A stretch of DNA of 64,000 bases from Eledone cirrhosa (taxonomy: Eukaryota), in assembly GCA_964016885.1 (NCBI GenBank), contig OZ024745.1:1922001-1986000 (forward strand), given 5' to 3'. This document shows, piece by piece, positions 38,390-53,300 of this stretch (within the stretch, counting starts at the first letter, position 1; every line of letters begins with the position of its first letter). The notes beneath the pieces were generated by a model. It ran no database searches. It saw only the letters and a program-made list of their open reading frames with translations, and was not told the origin of the DNA. The translations under genes were made by a program, and so were the position numbers.

Positions 38390-41300
38390 ACATGTATACA
38401 ATACATGTAGACACATTGGTTATAGAAAAAGGTAAACTGTAACATGTATACAATACATGTAGACACATTGGTTATAGAGAAAGGTAAACTGTAACATGTA
38501 GACAATACATGTAGACACATTGGTTATAAAGAAAGGTAAACTGTAACATGTATACAATACATGTAGACACATTGGTTATAGAGAAAGGTAAACTGTAACA
38601 TGTATACAATACATGTAGACACATTGGTTATAGAGGAAGGTAAACTGTAACATGTAGACAATACATGTAGACACATTGGTTATAAAGAAAGGTAAACTGT
38701 AACATGTATACAATACATGTAGACACATTGGTTATAGAGAAAGGTAAACTGTAACATGTATACAATACATGTAGACACATTGGTTATAGAGAAAGGTAAA
38801 CTGTAACATGTATACAATATATGTAGACACATTGGTTATAGAGAAAGGTAAACTGTAACATGTATACAATACATGTAGACACATTGGTTATAAACAAAGG
38901 TAAACTGTAACATGTATACAATATATGTAGACACATTGGTTATATAGAAAGGTATACTGTAACATGTATATAATACATGTAGACATATTGGTTATAGAGA
39001 AAGGTAAACTGTAACATGTATACAATACATGTAGACACATTGGTTATATAGAAAGGTATACTGTAACATGTATACAATATATGTAGACACATTGGTTATA
39101 GAGAAAGGTATACTGTAACATGTATACAATACATGTAGACACATTGGTTATAAAGAAAGGTAAACTGTAACATGTATACAATACATGTAGACACATTGGT
39201 TATAAAGAAAGGTAAACTGTAACATGTATACAATACATGTAGACACATTGGTTATAGAGAAAGGTAAACTGTAACATGTATACAATATATGTAGACACAT
39301 TGGTTATAGAGAACGGTAAACTGTAACATGTATACAATACATGTAGACACATTGGTTATAGAGAAAGGTATACTGTAACATGTATACAATATATGTAGAC
39401 ACATTGGTTATAGAGAAAGGTATACTGTAACATGTATACAATATATGTAGACACATTGGTTATAGAGAAAGGTAAACTGTAACATGTATACAAGATATGT
39501 AGACACATTGGTTATAGAGAAAGGTATACTGTAACATGTATACAATACATGTAGACACATTGGTTATAGAGACAGGTATACAGTAACATGTATACAATAT
39601 ATGTAGAGACATTTGTTATAGAGAAAGGTATACTGTAACATGTATACAATATATGTAGACACATTGGTTATAGAGAAAGGTATACTGTAACATGTATACA
39701 ATACATATAGACACATTGGTTATAGAGAAAGGTAAACTGTAACATGTATACAATACATGTAGACACATTGGTTATAGAGAAAGGTAAACTGTAACATGTA
39801 TACAATATATGTAGACACATTGGTTATAGAGAAAGGTAAACTGTAACATGTATACAATACGTGTAGACACATTGGTTATAGAGAAAGGTAAACTGTAACA
39901 TGTATACAATATATGTAGACACATTGGTTATAGAGAAAGGTATACTGTAACATGTATATAATACATGTAGACATATAGGTTATAGAGAAAGGTATACTGT
40001 AACATGTATACAATATATGTAGACACATTGGTTATAGAGAAAGGTAAACTGTAACATGTATACAATATATGTAGACACATTGGTTATAGAGAAAGGTATA
40101 CTGTAACATGTATACAATACATGTAGACACATTGGTTATAGAGATAGGTAGACTGTAACATGTATACAATATATGTAGACACATTGGTTATAGAGAAAGG
40201 TAAACCGTAACATGTATACAATACATGTAGACACATTGGTTATAGAGAAAGGTAAACTGTAACATGTATACAATATATGTAGACACATTGGTTATAGAGA
40301 AAGGTATACTATAACATGTATACAATATATGTAGACACATTGGTTATAAAGAAAGGTAAACTGTAACATGTAGACAATACATGTAGACACATTGGTTATA
40401 AAGAAAGGTAAACTGTAACATGTATACAATACATGTAGACACATTGGTTATAGAGAAAGGTAAACTGTAACATGTATACAATACATGTAGACACATTGGT
40501 TATAGAGAAAGGTAAACTGTAACATGTATACAATATATGTAGACACATTGGTTATAGAGAAAGGTATACTATAACATGTATACAATATATGTAGACACAT
40601 TGGTTATATAGAAAGGTATACTGTAACATGTATATAATACATGTAGACATATTGGTTATAGAGAAAGGTAAACTGTAACATGTATACAATACATGTAGAC
40701 ACATTGGTTATATAGAAAGGTATACTGTAACATGTATACAATATATGTAGACACATTGGTTATAGAGAAAGGTATACTGTAACATGTATACAATACATGT
40801 AGACACATTGGTTATAAAGAAAGGTAAACTGTAACATGTATACAATACATGTAGACACATTGGTTATAAAGAAAGGTAAACTGTAACATGTATACAATAC
40901 ATGTAGACACATTGGTTATAGAGAAAGGTATACTGTAACATGTATACAATATATGTAGACACATTGGTTATAGAGAAAGGTAAACTGTAACATGTATACA
41001 ATATATGTAGACACATTGGTTATAGAGAACGGTAAACTGTAACAGGTATACAATACATGTAGACACATTGGTTATAGAGAAAGGTATACTGTAACATGTA
41101 TACAATATATGTAGACACATTGGTTATAGAGAAAGGTATACTGTAACATGTATACAATATATGTAGACACATTGGTTATAGAGAAAGGTATACTGTAACA
41201 TGTATACAATATATGTAGACACATTGGTTATAGAGAAAGGTAAACTGTAACATGTATACAAGATATGTAGACACATTGGTTATAGAGAAAGGTATACTGT

Positions 41301-44300
41301 AACATGTATACAATACATGTAGACACATTGGTTATAGAGACAGGTATACAGTAACATGTATACAATATATGTAGAGACATTTGTTATAGAGAAAGGTATA
41401 CTGTAACATGTATACAATATATGTAGACACATTGGTTATAGAGAAAGGTAAACTGTAACATGTATACAATATATGTAGACACATTGGTTATAGAGAAAGG
41501 TAAACTGTAACATGTATACAATATATGTAGACACATTGGTTATAGAGAAAGGTAAACTGTAACATGTATACAATATATGTAGACACATTGGTTATAGAGA
41601 AAGGTAAACTGTAACATGTATACAATATATGTAGAGACATTTGTTATAGAGAAAGGTATACTGTAACATGTATACAATACATATAGACTCATTGGTTATA
41701 GAGAAAGGTAAACTGTAACATGTATACAATACATGTAGACACATTGGTTATAGAGAAAGGTAAACTGTAACATGTATACAATATATGTAGACACATTGGT
41801 TATAGAGAAAGGTAAACTGTAACATGTATACAATACGTGTAGACACATTGGTTATAGAGAAAGGTAAACTGTAACATGTATACAATATATGTAGACACAT
41901 TGGTTATAGAGAAAGGTATACTGTAACATGTATATAATACATGTAGACATATAGGTTATAGAGAAAGGTATACTGTAACATGTATACAATATATGTAGAC
42001 ACATTGGTTATAGAGAAAGGTAAACTGTAACATGTATACAATATATGTAGACACATTGGTTATAGAGAAAGGTATACTGTAACATGTATACAATACATGT
42101 AGACACATTGGTTATAGAGATAGGTAGACTGTAACATGTATACAATATATGTAGACACATTGGTTATAGAGAAAGGTAAACTGTAACATGTATACAATAT
42201 ATGTAGAGACATTTGTTATAGAGAAAGGTATACTGTAACATGTATACAATACATATAGACACATTGGTTATAGAGAAAGGTAAACTGTAACATGTATACA
42301 ATACATGTAGACACATTGGTTATAGAGAAAGGTAAACTGTAACATGTATACAATATATGTAGACACATTGGTTATAGAGAAAGGTAAACTGTAACATGTA
42401 TACAATACGTGTAGACACATTGGTTATAGAGAAAGGTAAACTGTAACATGTATACAATATATGTAGACACATTGGTTATAGAGAAAGGTATACTGTAACA
42501 TGTATATAATACATGTAGACATATAGGTTATAGAGAAAGGTATACTGTAACATGTATACAATATATGTAGACACATTGGTTATAGAGAAAGGTAAACTGT
42601 AACATGTATACAATATATGTAGACACATTGGTTATAGAGAAAGGTATACTGTAACATGTATACAATACATGTAGACACATTGGTTATAGAGATAGGTAGA
42701 CTGTAACATGTATACAATATATGTAGACACATTGGTTATAGAGAAAGGTAAACCGTAACATGTATACAATACATGTAGACACATTGGTTATAGAAAAAGG
42801 TAAACTGTAACATGTATATAATACATGTAGACACATTGGTTATAGAGAAAGGTATACTGTAACATGTATACAATACATGTAGATACATTGGTTATAGAGA
42901 AAGGTAAACTGTAACATGTATACAATACAGGTAGACACATTCGTTATAGAGAAAAGTACATTGTAACATGTATACAATACATGTAGACACATTGGTTATA
43001 GAGAAAGGTATACTGTAACATGTATATAATACATGTAGACACATTGGTTATAGAGAAAGGTATACTGTAACATGTATATAATACAGGTAGACACATTCGT
43101 TATAGAGAAAGGTACATTGTAACATGTATACAATATATGTAGACACATTGGTTATAGAGAAAGGTATACTGTAACATGTATACAATACATGTAGACACAT
43201 TGGTTATAGAGAAAGGTATACTGTAACATGTATATAATACATGTAGACACATTGGTTATAGAGAAAGGTAAACTGTAACATGTATACAATACAGGTACAC
43301 ACATTCGTTATAGAGAAAGGTACATTGTAACATGTATACAATATATGTAGACACATTGCTTATAGAGAAAGGTATACTGTAACATGTATATAATACATGT
43401 AGACACATTGGTTATAGAGGAAGGTATACTGTAACATGTATACAATACATGTAGACACATTGGTTATAGAGAAAGGTATACTGTAACATGTATACAATAC
43501 ATGTAGACACATTCGTTATAGAGAAAGGTATACTGTAACATGTATATAATACATATAGACACATTGGTTATAGAGAAAGGTAAACTGTAACATGTATACA
43601 ATATATGTAGACACATTGGTTATAGAGAAAGGTATGCTGTAACATGTATACAATATATGTAGACACATTGTTTATAGAGAAAGGTATACTGTAACATGTA
43701 TAAAATATATGTAGATACATTGGTTATAGAGAAAGGTATACTGTAACATGTATATAATACATATAGACACATTGGTAATAGAGAAAGGTATACTGTAACA
43801 TGTATACAATACATGTAGACACATTGGTTATAGAGAAAGGTATACTGTAACATGTATATAATACATGTAGACACATTGGTTATAGAGAAAGATATACTGC
43901 AACATGTATACAAAATATGTAGACACATTGGTTATAGAGAACGGTAAACTGTAACATGTATATAATACATGTAGGCACATTGGTTATAGAGAAAGGTATA
44001 CTATAACATGTATACAATAAATGTAGACACATTGGTTATAGAGAAAGGTAAACTGTAACATGTATACAATATATGTAGACACATTCGTTATAGAGAAAGG
44101 TATACTGTAACATGTATATAATACATGTAGACACATTGGTTATAGAGAAAGGTATACTGTAAAATGTATACAATATATATAGACACATTGGTTATAGAGA
44201 AAGGTATACTGTAACATGTATACAATATATGTAGACACATTAGTTATAGAGAAAGGTATACTGTAACATGTGTACAATTTATGTAGACAACTGGTTATAG

Positions 44301-47300
44301 AGAAAGGTATACTGTAACATGTATACAATATATGTAGACACATTGGTTATAGAGAAAGGTATACTGTAACATGTATATAATACATGTAGACACATAGGTT
44401 ATAGAGAAAGATATACTGTAACATGTATACAATACGTGTAGACACATTGGTTATAGAGAAAGGTAAACTGTAACATGTATACAATATATGTAGACACATT
44501 GGTTATAGAGAAAGGTATACTGTAACATGTATATAATACATGTAGACATATAGGTTATAGAGAAAGGTATACTGTAACATGTATACAATATATGTAGACA
44601 CATTGGTTATAGAGAAAGGTAAACTGTAACATGTATACAATATATGTAGACACATTGGTTATAGAGAAAGGTATACTGTAACATGTATACAATACATGTA
44701 GACACATTGGTTATAGAGATAGGTAGACTGTAACATGTATACAATATATGTAGACACATTGGTTATAGAGAAAGGTAAACCGTAACATGTATACAATACA
44801 TGTAGACACATTGGTTATAGAGAAAGGTAAACTGTAACATGTATACAATATATGTAGACACATTGGTTATAGAGAAAGGTATACTATAACATGTATACAA
44901 TATATGTAGACACATTGGTTATAAAGAAAGGTAAACTGTAACATGTAGACAATACATGTAGACACATTGGTTATAAAGAAAGGTAAACTGTAACATGTAT
45001 ACAATACATGTAGACACATTGGTTATAGAGAAAGGTAAACTGTAACATGTATACAATACATGTAGACACATTGGTTATAGAGAAAGGTAAACTGTAACAT
45101 GTATACAATATATGTAGACACATTGGTTATAGAGAAAGGTATACTATAACATGTATACAATATATGTAGACACATTGGTTATATAGAAAGGTATACTGTA
45201 ACATGTATATAATACATGTAGACATATTGGTTATAGAGAAAGGTAAACTGTAACATGTATACAATACATGTAGACACATTGGTTATATAGAAAGGTATAC
45301 TGTAACATGTATACAATATATGTAGACACATTGGTTATAGAGAAAGGTATACTGTAACATGTATACAATACATGTAGACACATTGGTTATAAAGAAAGGT
45401 AAACTGTAACATGTATACAATACATGTAGACACATTGGTTATAAAGAAAGGTAAACTGTAACATGTATACAATACATGTAGACACATTGGTTATAGAGAA
45501 AGGTATACTGTAACATGTATACAATATATGTAGACACATTGGTTATAGAGAAAGGTAAACTGTAACATGTATACAATATATGTAGACACATTGGTTATAG
45601 AGAACGGTAAACTGTAACAGGTATACAATACATGTAGACACATTGGTTATAGAGAAAGGTATACTGTAACATGTATACAATATATGTAGACACATTGGTT
45701 ATAGAGAAAGGTATACTGTAACATGTATACAATATATGTAGACACATTGGTTATAGAGAAAGGTATACTGTAACATGTATACAATATATGTAGACACATT
45801 GGTTATAGAGAAAGGTAAACTGTAACATGTATACAAGATATGTAGACACATTGGTTATAGAGAAAGGTATACTGTAACATGTATACAATACATGTAGACA
45901 CATTGGTTATAGAGACAGGTATACAGTAACATGTATACAATATATGTAGAGACATTTGTTATAGAGAAAGGTATACTGTAACATGTATACAATATATGTA
46001 GACACATTGGTTATAGAGAAAGGTAAACTGTAACATGTATACAATATATGTAGACACATTGGTTATAGAGAAAGGTAAACTGTAACATGTATACAATATA
46101 TGTAGACACATTGGTTATAGAGAAAGGTAAACTGTAACATGTATACAATATATGTAGACACATTGGTTATAGAGAAAGGTAAACTGTAACATGTATACAA
46201 TATATGTAGAGACATTTGTTATAGAGAAAGGTATACTGTAACATGTATACAATACATATAGACTCATTGGTTATAGAGAAAGGTAAACTGTAACATGTAT
46301 ACAATACATGTAGACACATTGGTTATAGAGAAAGGTAAACTGTAACATGTATACAATATATGTAGACACATTGGTTATAGAGAAAGGTAAACTGTAACAT
46401 GTATACAATACGTGTAGACACATTGGTTATAGAGAAAGGTAAACTGTAACATGTATACAATATATGTAGACACATTGGTTATAGAGAAAGGTATACTGTA
46501 ACATGTATATAATACATGTAGACATATAGGTTATAGAGAAAGGTATACTGTAACATGTATACAATATATGTAGACACATTGGTTATAGAGAAAGGTAAAC
46601 TGTAACATGTATACAATATATGTAGACACATTGGTTATAGAGAAAGGTATACTGTAACATGTATACAATACATGTAGACACATTGGTTATAGAGATAGGT
46701 AGACTGTAACATGTATACAATATATGTAGACACATTGGTTATAGAGAAAGGTAAACTGTAACATGTATACAATATATGTAGAGACATTTGTTATAGAGAA
46801 AGGTATACTGTAACATGTATACAATACATATAGACACATTGGTTATAGAGAAAGGTAAACTGTAACATGTATACAATACATGTAGACACATTGGTTATAG
46901 AGAAAGGTAAACTGTAACATGTATACAATATATGTAGACACATTGGTTATAGAGAAAGGTAAACTGTAACATGTATACAATACGTGTAGACACATTGGTT
47001 ATAGAGAAAGGTAAACTGTAACATGTATACAATATATGTAGACACATTGGTTATAGAGAAAGGTATACTGTAACATGTATATAATACATGTAGACATATA
47101 GGTTATAGAGAAAGGTATACTGTAACATGTATACAATATATGTAGACACATTGGTTATAGAGAAAGGTAAACTGTAACATGTATACAATATATGTAGACA
47201 CATTGGTTATAGAGAAAGGTATACTGTAACATGTATACAATACATGTAGACACATTGGTTATAGAGATAGGTAGACTGTAACATGTATACAATATATGTA

Positions 47301-50300
47301 GACACATTGGTTATAGAGAAAGGTAAACCGTAACATGTATACAATACATGTAGACACATTGGTTATAGAAAAAGGTAAACTGTAACATGTATATAATACA
47401 TGTAGACACATTGGTTATAGAGAAAGGTATACTGTAACATGTATACAATACATGTAGATACATTGGTTATAGAGAAAGGTAAACTGTAACATGTATACAA
47501 TACAGGTAGACACATTCGTTATAGAGAAAAGTACATTGTAACATGTATACAATACATGTAGACACATTGGTTATAGAGAAAGGTATACTGTAACATGTAT
47601 ATAATACATGTAGACACATTGGTTATAGAGAAAGGTATACTGTAACATGTATATAATACAGGTAGACACATTCGTTATAGAGAAAGGTACATTGTAACAT
47701 GTATACAATATATGTAGACACATTGGTTATAGAGAAAGGTATACTGTAACATGTATACAATACATGTAGACACATTGGTTATAGAGAAAGGTATACTGTA
47801 ACATGTATATAATACATGTAGACACATTGGTTATAGAGAAAGGTAAACTGTAACATGTATACAATACAGGTACACACATTCGTTATAGAGAAAGGTACAT
47901 TGTAACATGTATACAATATATGTAGACACATTGCTTATAGAGAAAGGTATACTGTAACATGTATATAATACATGTAGACACATTGGTTATAGAGGAAGGT
48001 ATACTGTAACATGTATACAATACATGTAGACACATTGGTTATAGAGAAAGGTATACTGTAACATGTATACAATACATGTAGACACATTCGTTATAGAGAA
48101 AGGTATACTGTAACATGTATATAATACATATAGACACATTGGTTATAGAGAAAGGTAAACTGTAACATGTATACAATATATGTAGACACATTGGTTATAG
48201 AGAAAGGTATGCTGTAACATGTATACAATATATGTAGACACATTGTTTATAGAGAAAGGTATACTGTAACATGTATAAAATATATGTAGATACATTGGTT
48301 ATAGAGAAAGGTATACTGTAACATGTATATAATACATATAGACACATTGGTAATAGAGAAAGGTATACTGTAACATGTATACAATACATGTAGACACATT
48401 GGTTATAGAGAAAGGTATACTGTAACATGTATATAATACATGTAGACACATTGGTTATAGAGAAAGATATACTGCAACATGTATACAAAATATGTAGACA
48501 CATTGGTTATAGAGAACGGTAAACTGTAACATGTATATAATACATGTAGGCACATTGGTTATAGAGAAAGGTATACTATAACATGTATACAATAAATGTA
48601 GACACATTGGTTATAGAGAAAGGTAAACTGTAACATGTATACAATATATGTAGACACATTCGTTATAGAGAAAGGTATACTGTAACATGTATATAATACA
48701 TGTAGACACATTGGTTATAGAGAAAGGTATACTGTAAAATGTATACAATATATATAGACACATTGGTTATAGAGAAAGGTATACTGTAACATGTATACAA
48801 TATATGTAGACACATTAGTTATAGAGAAAGGTATACTGTAACATGTGTACAATTTATGTAGACAACTGGTTATAGAGAAAGGTATACTGTAACATGTATA
48901 CAATATATGTAGACACATTGGTTATAGAGAAAGGTATACTGTAACATGTATATAATACATGTAGACACATAGGTTATAGAGAAAGATATACTGTAACATG
49001 TATACAATATATGTAGACACATTGGTTATAGAGAAAGTTATACTGTAACATGTATACAATATATGTAGACACATTGGTTATAGAGAAAGGTATACTGTAA
49101 CATGTATACAATACATGTAGACACATTGGTTATAGAGAAAGGTATACTGTAACATGTATATAATACATGTAGACACATTGGTTATAGAGAAAGGTAAACT
49201 GTAACATGTATACAATACAGGTAGACACATTCGTTATAGAGAAAGGTATACTGTAACATGTATACAATACATGTAGACACATTCGTTATAGAGAAAGGTA
49301 TACTGTAACATGTATATAATACATGTAGACACATTGGTTATATAGAAAGGTATACTGTAACATGTATACAATACATGTAGACACATTGGTTATAGAGAAA
49401 GGTATACTGTAACATGTATAAAATACATGTAGACACGTTGGTTATAGAGAAAGGTATACTGTAACATGTATAAAATACATGTAGACACGTTGGTTATAGA
49501 GAAAGGTATACTGTAACATGTATACAATACATATAGACACATTGGTTATAGAGAAAGGTAAACTGTAACATGTATACAATATATGTAGACACATTGGTTA
49601 TAGAGAAAGGTATGCTGTAACATGTATACAATATATGTAGACACATTGGTTATAGAGAAAGGTATGCTGTAACATGTATACAATATATGTAGACACATTG
49701 GTTATAGAGAAAGGTATACTGTAACATGTATACAATATATGTAGACACATTGGTTATAGAGAAAGGTATACTGTAACATGTATATAATACATATAGACAC
49801 ATTGGTTATAGAGAAAGGTATACTGTAACATGTATACAATACATGTAGACACATTGGTTATAGAGAAAGGTATACTGTAACATGTATATAATACATGTAG
49901 ACACATTGGTTATAGAGAAAGGTATACTATAACATGTATACAATAAATGTAGACACATTGGTTATAGAGAAAGATATACTGTAACATGTATACAATACAT
50001 GTAGACACATTGGCTATAGAGAAAGGTATACTGTAACATGTATATAATACATGTAGACACATTGGTTATAGAGAAAGATATACTGCAACATGTATACAAA
50101 ATATGTAGACACATTGGTTATAGAGAACGGTAAACTGTAACATGTATATAATACATGTAGGCACATTGGTTATAGAGAAAGGTATACTGTAACATGTATA
50201 CAATAAATGTAGACACATTGGTTATAGAGAAAGGTAAACTGTAACATGTATACAATATATGTAGACACATTCGTTATAGATAAAGGTATACTGTAACATG

Positions 50301-53300
50301 TATATAATACATGTAGACACATTGGTTATAGAGAAAGGTATACTATAAAATGTATACAATATATCTAGACACATTGGTTATAGAGAAAGGTATACTGTAA
50401 CATGTATACAATATATGTAGACACATTGGTTATAGAGAAAGGTATACTGTAACATGTATATAATACATGTAGACACATTGGTTATAGAGAAAGATATACT
50501 GTAACATGTATACAATATATGTAGACACATTGGTTATAGAGAAAGGTATACTATAACATGTATACAATATATGTAGACACATTGGTTATAGAGAAAAGTA
50601 TACTGTAACATGTATACAATACATGTAGACACATTGGTTATAGAGAAAGGTATACTGTAACATGTATATAATACATGTAGACACATTGGTTATAGAGAAA
50701 GGTAAACTGTAACATGTATAAAATACATGTAGACACATTCGTTATAGAGAAATATATACTGTAACATGTATACAATAAATGTAGACACATTCGTTATAGA
50801 GAAAGGTATACTGTAACATGTATATAATACATGTAGACACATTGGTTATATAGAAAGGTATACTGTAACATGTATACAATACATGTAGACACATTGGTTA
50901 TAGAGAAAGGTATACTGTAACATGTATAAAATACATGTAGACACGTTGGTTATAGAGAAAGCTATACTGTAACATGTATAAAATACATTTAGACACGTTG
51001 GTTATAGAGAAAGTTATACTGTAACATGTATACAATAGATATAGACACATTGGTTATAGAGAAAGGTAAACTGTAACATGTATACAATATATGTAGACAC
51101 ATTGGTTATAGAGAAAGGGATGCTGTAACATGTATACAATATATGTAGACACATTGGTTATAGAGAAAGGTATACTGTAACATGTATACAATATATGTAG
51201 TCACATTGGTTATAGAGAAAGGTATACTGTAACATGTATATAATACATATAGACACATTGGTTATAGAGAAAGGTATACTGTAACATGTATACAATACAT
51301 GTAGACACATTGGTTATAGAGAAAGATATACTGCAACATGTATACAAAATATGTAGACACATTGGTTATAGAGAACGGTAAACTGTAACATGTATATAAT
51401 ACATGTAGGCACATTGGTTATAGAGAAAGGTATACTGTAACATGTATACAATAAATGTAGACACATTGGTTATAGAGAAAGGTAAACTGTAACATGTATA
51501 CAATATATGTAGACACATTCGTTATAGAGAAAGGTATACTGTAACATGTATATAATACATGTAGACACATTGGTTATAGAGAAAGGTATACTGTAAAATG
51601 TATAAAATATATGTAGACACATTGGTTATAGAGAAAGGTATACTGTAACATGTATATAATACATGTAGACACATTGGTTATATATAAAGGTATACTGTAA
51701 CATGTATACAATATATGTAGACACGTTGGTTATAGATAAAGGTAAACTGTAACATGTATATAATACATGTAGACACATTGCTTATAGAGAAATGTATACT
51801 GTAACATGTATACAATACATGTAGACACATTCGTTATAGAGAAAGGTATACTGTAACATGTATACAATATATGTAGACACATTGGTTATAGAGAAAGGTA
51901 AACTGTAACATGTATACAATACATGTAGACACATTCGTTACAGAGAGAGGTATACTGTAGCATGTATATAATACATGTAAACACATTCGTTATATAGAAA
52001 GGTATACTGTAACATGTATACAATACATGTAGACACATTGGTTATAGAGAAAGGTAAACTGTAACATGTATACAATACATGTAGACACATTGGTTATAGA
52101 GAAAGGTATACTGTAACATGTATAAAATACATGTAGACACGTTGGTTATAGAGAAAGGTATACTGTAACATGTATATAATACATGTAGAAACATTGGTTA
52201 TAGAGAAAGGTATACTGTAACATGTATACAATACATATAGAGACATTGGTTATAGAGAAAGGTAAACTGTAACATGTATACAATATATGTAGACACATTG
52301 GTTATAGAGAAAGGTAAACTGTAACATGTATACAATATATGTAGACACATTAGTTATAGAGAAAGGTATGCTGTAACATGTATACAATATATGTAGACAC
52401 ATTGGTTATAGAGAAAGGTATACTGTAACATGTATACAATATATGTAGACACATTGGTTATAGAGAAAGGTATACTGTAACATGTATATAATACATATAG
52501 ACACATTGGTTATAGAGAAAGGTATACTGTAACATGTATACAATACATGTAGACACATTGGTTATAGAGGAAGGTATACTGTAACATGTATATAATACAT
52601 GTAGACACATTGGTTATAGAGAAAGATATACTGCAACATGTATACAAAATATGTAGACACATTGGTTATATAGAACGGTAAACTGTAACATGTATATAAT
52701 ACATGTAGGCACATTGGTTATAGAGAAAGGTATACTGTAACATGTATACAATAAATGTAGACACATTGGTTATAGAGAAAGGTAAACTGTAACATGTATA
52801 CAATATATGTAGACACATTGGTTATAGAGAAAGTTAAACTGTAACATGTATACAATATATGTAGACACATTCGTTATAGATAAAGGTATACTGTAACATG
52901 TATATAATACATGTAGACACATTGGTTATAGAGAAAGGTATACTGTAAAATGTATACAATATATCTAGACACATTGGTTATAGAGAAAGGTATACTGTAA
53001 CATGTATACAATATATGTAGACACATTGGTTATAGAGAAAGGTATACTGTAACATGTATACAATATATGTAGACAACTGGTTATAGAGAAAGGTATACTG
53101 TAACATGTATACAATATAGGTAGACACATTGGTTATAGAGAAAGGTATACTGTAACATGTATATAATACATGTAGACACATTGGTTATAAAGAAAGATAT
53201 ACTGTAACATGTATACAATATATGTAGACACATTGGTTATAGAGAAAGGTATACTGTAACATGTATATAATACATGTAGACACATTGGTTATATAGAAAG

